64,000 bases of DNA, taken from sequence record SRR20825010_791; one strand, 5' to 3'. The position numbers and the translations under genes were made by a program. Positions 56,450-64,000 of the stretch are shown here, piece by piece (the first letter of the stretch is position 1; each line of letters starts with the position of its first letter). Below the pieces are notes generated by a model. That model did not search any database and was not told the origin of the DNA. It saw nothing but the letters and a program-made list of their open reading frames with translations.

Positions 56450-59023
56450 ATGCACAAGTCCTTCCAAATAAAGTTATCGGATAATTGGAGAATCCAGAGT
56501 TCAAGTAAAGTTTCGGAAAAGGGGAGTGATATCTCTACGAACCCCACAATTTCGGAAAATTGGTTACCGGCCGTCGTTCCTTCAACCGTTTTGAGCACTT
56601 TGGTGGCCAACAAGGTTTACGAAGACCCCTATTTTGGGGAGAATTTAAAGACTATCCCAACAGAACTATTTAAAGTATCCTGGTGGTACACAAGCAGTTT
56701 TGAACTCACACAGGAGCAATCCAATGAGTTTGCCAGCTTAAAATTTGACGGTATAAACTATAAGGCCAATGTTTGGTTAAATGGACAACTCATCGCCGAT
56801 GCCACTGATATAGACGGGGCATTTCGAATTACCTCTTTTGATGTAAGTACACATATTAAAAGTGGATCCAATATTTTGGCCATTGAGGTAATTCCACCCC
56901 AACCCGGCGATTTTAGTATAGGTTTTGTAGATTGGAATCCTGCCCCTCCAGATGGGGACATGGGTGTTTTTAGGCCTGTAACCTTGCACCTTCATGGTGG
57001 GGTACAAATTGAAAAACCCTTTGTGAAGACCAAGGTAAATCTTAAGACCTTGAAAGAGGCCGACATTACTGTTTCGGCGGAACTGACCAATTATTCCAAG
57101 GCTGAAATTTCTGGAGATTTAGTAGGGACCATAGGGGCTATAGTGTTCAAGAAAAATATAAGATTAGCTCCAAATGCTAAAGAGCTGATCACCTTTGACA
57201 GTAAGGAGTTTGTGGGACTTAATTTTAAGGAGCCTAAACTTTGGTGGCCCATTAATTTGGGGAATCCCGATCTCTATAATCTGGATTTAAAATTTGTTGC
57301 CAAGGAGACGGTCTTGGATACTGCCCAGTTGAGATTTGGAATTCGTGATATACAGGATTATTGGTTGAACGATATTCATAGAGGTTATAAGGTAAATGGA
57401 AAAAAGGTATTGATAAAAGGTGCCGGTTGGACAGATGATATGCTGTTGATGGATACGGACGAAAGTATTGAGGCCCAAGTGAAGTACGTAAAACAAATGA
57501 ATCTCAATTGTATTCGTTTGGAAGGATTCTGGGGCAAAGACCACAAATTGTACGACCTCTGTGATGAACATGGTATACTGTTAATGGTAGGTTGGAGCTG
57601 CCATTGGGAGCATGAGATCCATATGGGGGTCCCGGTCAATGAGCGATTTGGAGGTGTATATAAGCCAGAGCATATTTCCCATGTTGCCCAAGCCTGGGAA
57701 GATCAGGTGATATGGCTTCGCAACCACCCAAGTATCTTTGTTTGGACTGTTGCCAGTGACAAGGTGCCGATTACGGAATTGGAGCAAAAATATATAGACA
57801 CTTTCGCCAAGTATGATCCCACAAGGCCTTATTTAAATTCTACAGGTGGTGTGGGCAGTGATCAACACGTTATAGGCAGTGAGGATGTAATTAGTGAGAT
57901 TAGTGGATCCTCCGGTGTAAAGATGTTGGGTCCCTATGCCTATACTGCCCCGGTTTATTGGTTTACGGACACCAAATTTGGCGGTGCCTATGGGTTTAAT
58001 ACAGAAACCGGTCCCGGAGCTCAGATTCCCCAATTGGAAAGTCTAAAAAAGATGATTCCTCAAGAACAATTGTGGCCAATGGGCGAAGCCTGGAATTTTC
58101 ATTGCGGACGGTATGAGTTTGCCGATTTAAGTAGATTTACCAAGGCCATGGATGAAAAATATGGAGCTCCCAGTTCCTTGGAAGAGTTCGATAGAAAGGC
58201 ACAGGCCATGAACTATGAGCTTATGCGGCCTATGTTCGAAGCTTTTCAGGTCAACAAAAAGAAATCCACGGGTATTGTCCAATGGATGTTGAATGCGGCC
58301 TGGCCAAAGATGTATTGGCAGTTGTACGACTATTATTTAAACCCTACAGCAGCGTTTTACGCTACCCAAAAAGCATGTTTGCCCCTAAGTCTTGTATATA
58401 ATTATGGGGATAAACACATATATGCCATTAATGACCGCCAAGGGACGGAGGAAAAATTAACTGCCCATATTAGAGTATATTCTATAGGGTCGGAGATGTT
58501 GTTCGAGGATAAGGTAAACTTTACTCTGGATCCGGATTCATCAAAATCTATTTTGGAATTAGGGAACCTCAAAGGGCTTACCACTACCTATTTTGTAGAT
58601 CTTCGATTGTTGGATAAAACGGGTGTAGAGATCAGCAATAATTTTTATTGGCTATCCACCAAAGAGGAGGTGTTGGACTATGAGGCCGATTTGGGACCAT
58701 TTGCATTTCACACCCCCAGTAAGGTATATGCAGACTTTACCCAGTTGAATGAGCTGCCTAAAACCCAGTTGGGGCAATCACATTATTTTGAGCAGGACAG
58801 TGAACAGCAAAATATCAAGGTAGCACTTAAGAACAACGGTGATCATATAGCCTTTTTGATTAACCTAAAGGTAGTGGATAAAAGGACGGGAGAACTTGTA
58901 TTGCCAATATTCTGGGAAGATAATTTTATAAACTTACTACCAGGGGAGGAACGCATGGTTTGCGCCAATTTTAAAGGAACTTCCGAGGCCGAATTGAAGG
59001 TAGAGGGATGGAATTTGGAATAG
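56450..59023 (+). CDS. GH2 exo-beta-D-glucosaminidase (CsxA-like), no signal peptide
   Basis: LWWP, FGIR, IRLEG, RNHPS...ASD (Asp in place of the usual GH2 NE), GVKMLGPY, GFNTETG, QWMLNAAWP. Confidence 0.85.
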   Translation: MHKSFQIKLSDNWRIQSSSKVSEKGSDISTNPTISENWLPAVVPSTVLSTLVANKVYEDPYFGENLKTIPTELFKVSWWYTSSFELTQEQSNEFASLKFDGINYKANVWLNGQLIADATDIDGAFRITSFDVSTHIKSGSNILAIEVIPPQPGDFSIGFVDWNPAPPDGDMGVFRPVTLHLHGGVQIEKPFVKTKVNLKTLKEADITVSAELTNYSKAEISGDLVGTIGAIVFKKNIRLAPNAKELITFDSKEFVGLNFKEPKLWWPINLGNPDLYNLDLKFVAKETVLDTAQLRFGIRDIQDYWLNDIHRGYKVNGKKVLIKGAGWTDDMLLMDTDESIEAQVKYVKQMNLNCIRLEGFWGKDHKLYDLCDEHGILLMVGWSCHWEHEIHMGVPVNERFGGVYKPEHISHVAQAWEDQVIWLRNHPSIFVWTVASDKVPITELEQKYIDTFAKYDPTRPYLNSTGGVGSDQHVIGSEDVISEISGSSGVKMLGPYAYTAPVYWFTDTKFGGAYGFNTETGPGAQIPQLESLKKMIPQEQLWPMGEAWNFHCGRYEFADLSRFTKAMDEKYGAPSSLEEFDRKAQAMNYELMRPMFEAFQVNKKKSTGIVQWMLNAAWPKMYWQLYDYYLNPTAAFYATQKACLPLSLVYNYGDKHIYAINDRQGTEEKLTAHIRVYSIGSEMLFEDKVNFTLDPDSSKSILELGNLKGLTTTYFVDLRLLDKTGVEISNNFYWLSTKEEVLDYEADLGPFAFHTPSKVYADFTQLNELPKTQLGQSHYFEQDSEQQNIKVALKNNGDHIAFLINLKVVDKRTGELVLPIFWEDNFINLLPGEERMVCANFKGTSEAELKVEGWNLE

Positions 59024-59080
59024 TCCCAAGAAAGAGTTCTTTTCCTTGTTTTGATTAGCAGACATTTAATTACAATTACT

Positions 59081-60172
59081 ATGTTAATTTGTGTAAAAAA
59101 TTTAGTTGCTATTGCCCTTCTAATATCGGCTTCGTCCTGTAAGGAAAAGGTGAAGGTAAATAGCTCGGAAACTTCTGTTAAGCATCCCGCAATAACCATT
59201 GAAGAATACATTTACCCCATAGGCCAAGGCTTAACGCCCCAATGTCATGCTCCAACTATAGATGTTAGCAATGGTATTCTGGTGGCTTCTTGGTTTGGGG
59301 GAACGGAAGAAAAAAACAATGACGTAGGCATTTGGGTTTCTAGAAAAATTGGAGGTAAATGGACAACCCCGGTAGAGGTAGCCAATGGCGTGGAGGAAGA
59401 TGGAATTCGATTTCCAAGTTGGAATCCGGTTCTTTTTAAACCTCACAATAAACCTTTGATACTCTTTTACAAAGTTGGTCCCGATCCATTATATTGGTGG
59501 GGAATGTACAAGACCTCGGAGGATGATGGTCTAAACTGGTCTGCCCCTATCAGATTGGCAGACAGTATTTTGGGACCGATAAAGAATAGGCCAGTTACTT
59601 TATCCAATGGGGATATTTTATCACCTTCCAGTACCGAGAGCGAAACGGTAGGTCATAAAATCCATTTGGAAAGAAGTGTGGATTTTGGTAAAACATGGAC
59701 CAAAACGGCCCCTTTGAACGATGGTAAAACATTTAAGGCTATACAACCGGCCATCCTAGATCACGGCAACGATACCATCCAATTATTAAGCAGAACCTAT
59801 CAGGGGGTAATAGGGCAAAATTGGTCCTATGACGGTGGATTCAGCTGGAGCGAAATGACTGCTACGGATCTTCCCAATCCTGATTCAGGGATTGATGCCA
59901 TTACGCTAAAGGACGGTCGACATTTATTGATTTATAATCCTACCACCATTGAATCCGAGGATAGGGTTCCCTTGAGCGTAGGTCTTTCCCAAGACGGCAA
60001 AATATGGAAGAGAGTGTTGGATTTGGAACCCTTAACAGCAACAACAGACAAAAAGGGAGAGGAATATTCGTACCCCACCCTGATTCAAAACCCTAACGGA
60101 ATGGTACATATAGTGTATACATGGAATAGAAAGACCGTGAAACATGTAGTATTGGACCCTGAAAAATTATAA
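59081..60172 (+). CDS. Sialidase-like BNR/Asp-box beta-propeller lipoprotein
   Basis: Asp-boxes SEDDGLNWS, SVDFGKTWT, SYDGGFSWS, SQDGKIW; EYSYP; ASSC lipobox; ATG 59081 preferred over TTG 59051. Confidence 0.85.
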   Translation: MLICVKNLVAIALLISASSCKEKVKVNSSETSVKHPAITIEEYIYPIGQGLTPQCHAPTIDVSNGILVASWFGGTEEKNNDVGIWVSRKIGGKWTTPVEVANGVEEDGIRFPSWNPVLFKPHNKPLILFYKVGPDPLYWWGMYKTSEDDGLNWSAPIRLADSILGPIKNRPVTLSNGDILSPSSTESETVGHKIHLERSVDFGKTWTKTAPLNDGKTFKAIQPAILDHGNDTIQLLSRTYQGVIGQNWSYDGGFSWSEMTATDLPNPDSGIDAITLKDGRHLLIYNPTTIESEDRVPLSVGLSQDGKIWKRVLDLEPLTATTDKKGEEYSYPTLIQNPNGMVHIVYTWNRKTVKHVVLDPEKL

Positions 60173-60201
60173 ACGAATTCATATTATAACAACCATTGAC
60201 A

Positions 60202-61485
60202 ATGAAAAAACTAGCAATAAATGGCGGCTTACCTAGTCGCGATACCAATAAGAATCCCTGGCCTAAATGGCCGGTCTGGGGGAAGGAAGAGGAAGTTGCT
60301 CTGATAGAGGTCCTGAATAGTGGGGTTTGGTCCTATAATGGGCCAAAGGAAATGGAGTTCAATAAACTATTTGCGGCATATACGGGGACAAAACATGCCA
60401 TATGTGTTGTAAACGGTACCATAACCATGCAAATTGCTTTGGAAGCCTTGGGTATAGGCGTTGGTGACGAGGTTATTGTCCCTGGCCTAACGTGGCAAGC
60501 TACTGCTGCCACGGTAATCGATGTAAATGCTACCCCCATATTGGTGGATATTTGTGAGGATACCTGGTGTATAGATCCAAAAGAAATAGAAAAGGCTATA
60601 ACTCCAAGAACAAAGGCTATTATGCCAGTACATCTCTACGGTGCCTTTGCGGATATGGATGCGATAATGGCCATTGCCAAGAAACATAACCTTTATGTAA
60701 TTGAGGATTGTGCCCACAAGCACGGAGGTGAATGGAAAGGTAAAAAAGCGGGAAGTATCGGTAATGTCGGGAGTTTCAGTTTTCAATTATCAAAACATTT
60801 AACAGCTGGTGAAGGGGGATCTATTACTACGGATGATACTGATTTAGCAGAAAAAATGGACGCCCTGAGAAATGTTGGTCGCAGACCGGAAGGAGATTCG
60901 TTGATCGGTGCCGACAAAGGGATAGGGGATTATGGTGATGACGGTAATTTTATTCAGTCCGGTAACTATCGGATTACCGAATTTCAAGCAGCTATACTGG
61001 TAGAAGGCTTAAAAAGATTGCCAGAACAGAACGCAAACAGAGACGCCAATGGGGTTTATTTAAATACGCTTCTAAAGGAAATAGAAGGGGTGACCCCGTT
61101 AAAAAGAGATGATCGGGAAACCAAAAAGGCTTATTTCAATTTTGCTTTTCGATACGATTCAAGCAAGTTCAAGAATTTGCCTATAGAGAGGTTTAGATCC
61201 GCCCTGGAAGAGGAATTGGGTATAATTGTGGATGCCTGCTATGAGCCTTTAAATAATTGCTCATTGTACGTACCACATACAAAACCTTCCAGACACAAAT
61301 TAAATGATGCCTATTGGAAAGCTATTGATCCAAAAAGATTTTCTTTACCGGTCTGTGAACGTATTTTTAAGGAAGAGTCGGTTTGTGTACATCATAAGGT
61401 GTTAATGGGAACAAAAGCGGATATGGATTTGGTGGCCGATGCCATAAAAAAGATTTATACCCATGCCGAGGAATTAATGGACTAG
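60202..61485 (+). CDS. DegT/DnrJ/EryC1/StrS PLP aminotransferase (RifK/BtrR-like)
   Basis: NGT, GVGDEVIVP, PVHLYG, IEDCAH, SFQLSKHLTAGEGG, GNYR; ATG 60202. Confidence 0.92.
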   Translation: MKKLAINGGLPSRDTNKNPWPKWPVWGKEEEVALIEVLNSGVWSYNGPKEMEFNKLFAAYTGTKHAICVVNGTITMQIALEALGIGVGDEVIVPGLTWQATAATVIDVNATPILVDICEDTWCIDPKEIEKAITPRTKAIMPVHLYGAFADMDAIMAIAKKHNLYVIEDCAHKHGGEWKGKKAGSIGNVGSFSFQLSKHLTAGEGGSITTDDTDLAEKMDALRNVGRRPEGDSLIGADKGIGDYGDDGNFIQSGNYRITEFQAAILVEGLKRLPEQNANRDANGVYLNTLLKEIEGVTPLKRDDRETKKAYFNFAFRYDSSKFKNLPIERFRSALEEELGIIVDACYEPLNNCSLYVPHTKPSRHKLNDAYWKAIDPKRFSLPVCERIFKEESVCVHHKVLMGTKADMDLVADAIKKIYTHAEELMD

Positions 61486-61539
61486 GGCAGTATTGGTGGT
61501 GCTAAAGTTGTAGCTTTTAGAAAATAATATTTTTAACAG

Positions 61540-62358
61540 ATGAAATTGTTTATAGGCCTTCTCGCTATTTTCACTTGGAATAATCTTGTTTTTGGTCAAG
61601 ATTCCATGGATCTCCCAGAAAATGAAAATATGCCCCAAAATGGCATTGGTGCCCATAGGGGGGCCAATGAGACCCATCCGGAGAATACTTTGGCAGCCTT
61701 TGGGGAGGCTATTCGTTTAGGAGCGCAGATGATAGAGTTGGATGTTCATATGACCAAGGACAATCAGTTGGTGATTATGCACGATGACAAGGTAAATAGG
61801 ACCACCAATGGCCGAGGACTGGTGAAGAATCTTACATTGAGGAAAATAAAAAGGTTGGATGCGGGCAAATGGAAATCCAAAGAGTTTAAGAAAGAAAGGG
61901 TTCCCACCTTACAGGAGGCGCTGGAAATTATGCCCAGAAATATCTGGCTTAACATCCATTTAAAAGGGGACGAACGTTTGGGAGCCGCAACAGCCGAAGC
62001 CGTGATTTCAGCGGACAGAATCCATCAGGCTGTTATTGCCTGTGAAAATGAGGCAGCAAAAGGGGTAAGGCGTGTAAATCCAAATATAATGATGTGTAAT
62101 ATGGAGCGCCTATCTACCCGCGCTGAATATATAAATGGGACCATAGAAAATGGCTTCGCATTTCTTCAATTAAGAAGCAGTAGGGACGATGAAAATATTC
62201 TGACGGACTTAAAAAGGCTAAAGGATAATGGGATTCGCATCAATTATTTTCATTCCGAAGAGGAAGGGCGCGTTAAGGAATTATTGGATGCGGGGGTCGA
62301 TTTTATTTTGACCGATAAGTTATCAAAAATGCTTCAAGCTTTTGAAAATGACTATTGA
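61540..62358 (+). CDS. Glycerophosphodiester phosphodiesterase family, secreted
   Basis: Signal peptide; AHRG, PENT, ELDV, HD, RTTNG, PTL.E, ILTD. Confidence 0.92.
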   Translation: MKLFIGLLAIFTWNNLVFGQDSMDLPENENMPQNGIGAHRGANETHPENTLAAFGEAIRLGAQMIELDVHMTKDNQLVIMHDDKVNRTTNGRGLVKNLTLRKIKRLDAGKWKSKEFKKERVPTLQEALEIMPRNIWLNIHLKGDERLGAATAEAVISADRIHQAVIACENEAAKGVRRVNPNIMMCNMERLSTRAEYINGTIENGFAFLQLRSSRDDENILTDLKRLKDNGIRINYFHSEEEGRVKELLDAGVDFILTDKLSKMLQAFENDY

Positions 62359-62401
62359 AGCGCTACTGCCCGGCCACAGAAATTTAAGTAATTCATAAAA
62401 A

Positions 62402-63409
62402 ATGGAAAAAATTAAAATAGCCCTAATAGGTGCGGGATTTATATCGGATTATCACGCTCGTGGACTGCAAACCTTGGCCGATGTTGAAATAGCGGCCGTA
62501 GTGTCCAAAAACCTAGATAATGCCCAAAAATTTGCCCTTAAATACAATATTAAAGAGGCGCTGAACGACATCTCTTCGCTTGTAAAAAGAGATGATCTGG
62601 ATGCAGTAATTATAAGCACGCCCAATCAATTTCACGCTCCCTATGCCATAGAGTTCTTGCAGAATGGTAAGGATGTTTTTCTTGAAAAACCCATGGGAAT
62701 GAGCGGTGAAGAAGGCAGACAAATAGCTGGGGTAGCAACCAAGCATAACCAATTGGTGATGGTTGGTCATATGTGGCGTTTCGATACCGATACCCGTTAT
62801 ATAAAGGATACCGTAGCCTCAGGAACAATAGGAAGAGTATTTAAGACCAAGGGCTACGGAATACATGAAAATTGGGGCCCTTCCGGATGGTTTACCAAAA
62901 AGGAGTTGGCCGGGGGCGGGGCCTTGGCAGATATGGGGGTGCATGCCATTGATGCCGTAAGATATATCTTGGGAGATCCAAAACCCGTAAAGGTATATGC
63001 CAGAATTTCCACGGAATTTGGGGATTATGATGTAGACGACACGGGAATCTTGGTAATTACTTGGGACAATGGCACGGAAAGCATCATTGAAAGTGGATGG
63101 TGGCATCCCCATATGGACGGACCTGAAGCTAGTACCAGTCTGTTTGGGACTAAAGGTTATGCCAATCTGTTTCCTACATTTTTAAAAATGAAGGAAGGCG
63201 AAGGTACGGTAACCACAGTGCCCGAGCTTCCAAAAAGGGAGGATCACTGCGACCAAATAATCTATACCCGTCAAATGGAGTATTTTGTTGAATGTCTCAA
63301 AACCAGACAACAACCGGTTCCAGGACTTTCGGAAGGACAAATGGTGCTGGACATTGTGGATGCGGCCTATAAATCGGCCGAAACAGGTGAGGTAGTCAAC
63401 TTAATTTAG
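62402..63409 (+). CDS. Gfo/Idh/MocA family oxidoreductase
   Basis: IGAGFI, TPNQFH, FLEKP, GGGALADMGVHAID. Confidence 0.93.
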   Translation: MEKIKIALIGAGFISDYHARGLQTLADVEIAAVVSKNLDNAQKFALKYNIKEALNDISSLVKRDDLDAVIISTPNQFHAPYAIEFLQNGKDVFLEKPMGMSGEEGRQIAGVATKHNQLVMVGHMWRFDTDTRYIKDTVASGTIGRVFKTKGYGIHENWGPSGWFTKKELAGGGALADMGVHAIDAVRYILGDPKPVKVYARISTEFGDYDVDDTGILVITWDNGTESIIESGWWHPHMDGPEASTSLFGTKGYANLFPTFLKMKEGEGTVTTVPELPKREDHCDQIIYTRQMEYFVECLKTRQQPVPGLSEGQMVLDIVDAAYKSAETGEVVNLI

Positions 63410-63437
63410 GACCTGTACTATTTAAAACTTTTAAAAA

Positions 63438-64000
63438 ATGGCTCCGAGTGATTTAAGGGATAATATTGAAAACATCATTTTTGACCTGGATGGAACCCTG
63501 TGGGACCCTATGCCCATGAGCATTAAGGCTTGGCATACAGCTTTGAATGGATTCGATTGTATTAAAAACCCCATTTCCGAGGAAGATATACAGGGTATTT
63601 TGGGAATGCAGCACGATTTGGTAGGCAAGAAATTATTTCCATATTTAAGCGAAGAGCAGCAATTTCAAGTTATGAATAGTTGCTATGTACAGGAGGTAAA
63701 TGACATTAAGGAGTCCGGAGGGGTTTTGTACCATGGATTGGAGGCAACTTTGGAAACCTTAGGTAAAAAGTATGGTCTGTTTATAGTCAGTAATTGTCAG
63801 GCCGGCTATATAGAAGCCTTTTATGAATTTCATGGTTTAAGTGCTTACTTCAAAGATTTTGAATGCTCGGGCAATACGGGCTTGTCAAAGACTGAAAACG
63901 TAAAAATGGTCATTGAAAGAAATAAACTCACCAAACCCATCTATATTGGGGATACCATGGGAGATTATACGGCGGCGATTGGGAACCAAATTCCTTTTGT
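63438..64000 (+). CDS. HAD family hydrolase/phosphatase (truncated by window end; absent from the ORF track)
   Basis: My translation: MAPSDLRDNIENIIFDLDGTLWD...FIVSNCQ...K...YIGDTMGD; HAD motifs I-IV; frame open to the end. Confidence 0.9.
   Translation, partial: MAPSDLRDNIENIIFDLDGTLWDPMPMSIKAWHTALNGFDCIKNPISEEDIQGILGMQHDLVGKKLFPYLSEEQQFQVMNSCYVQEVNDIKESGGVLYHGLEATLETLGKKYGLFIVSNCQAGYIEAFYEFHGLSAYFKDFECSGNTGLSKTENVKMVIERNKLTKPIYIGDTMGDYTAAIGNQIPF

Noticed and set aside
60202-64000. Full AHBA/aminoglycoside biosynthetic cluster or O-antigen locus
   Set aside because: No DOI synthase, aminoDAHP synthase, PKS, glycosyltransferase or nucleotidyltransferase seen in the window.
1-64000. CRISPR array, tRNA/rRNA, prophage, IS or integrase
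   Set aside because: No regularly spaced repeats, structural RNA signatures or recombinase/transposase ORFs seen; intergenic gaps are short.

Overview
AT-rich Flavobacteriaceae-type (Bacteroidota) chromosomal segment with three gene blocks. I saw no rRNA, tRNA, CRISPR array, integrase or transposase. (1) 0.5-24.2 kb: a SusC/SusD + hybrid two-component system locus with no recognisable classical glycosidase. It carries exported lactonase, Tat-type RidA, RraA-like, NTF2-like and cytochrome-c-fused dehydrogenase-like proteins, a BASS transporter, a Gfo/Idh/MocA oxidoreductase, two DHDPS-fold lyases and three uncharacterised secreted proteins. (2) 24.8-48.6 kb: a sulfur/redox-flavoured island with rhodanese, HMA protein, di-heme cytochrome c, a TetR-TolC-HlyD-ABC exporter ending in a LOG / OMPLA-like / ATP-cone-nuclease / Pycsar-effector-like tail, sulfide:quinone oxidoreductase with an unannotated 48-aa downstream ORF, DUF2202, a DUF6799-like protein, a beta-barrel and TolC-MFP-RND-DUF2892. 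Five promoter regions share a GTAAC-N4-GTTRC-type palindrome and two carry an ACTGA-N6-TCAT box; five of these seven sites lie at the same distance from a TAnnTTTR-like -7 element. (3) 48.9-64 kb: a second SusC/SusD locus with an SSS symporter, a CsxA-like GH2, an Asp-box propeller, and DegT aminotransferase - GDPD - Gfo/Idh/MocA - HAD genes resembling the RifK/L/M or NtdABC family trio. Family calls come from motif recognition by eye; no database search was run.
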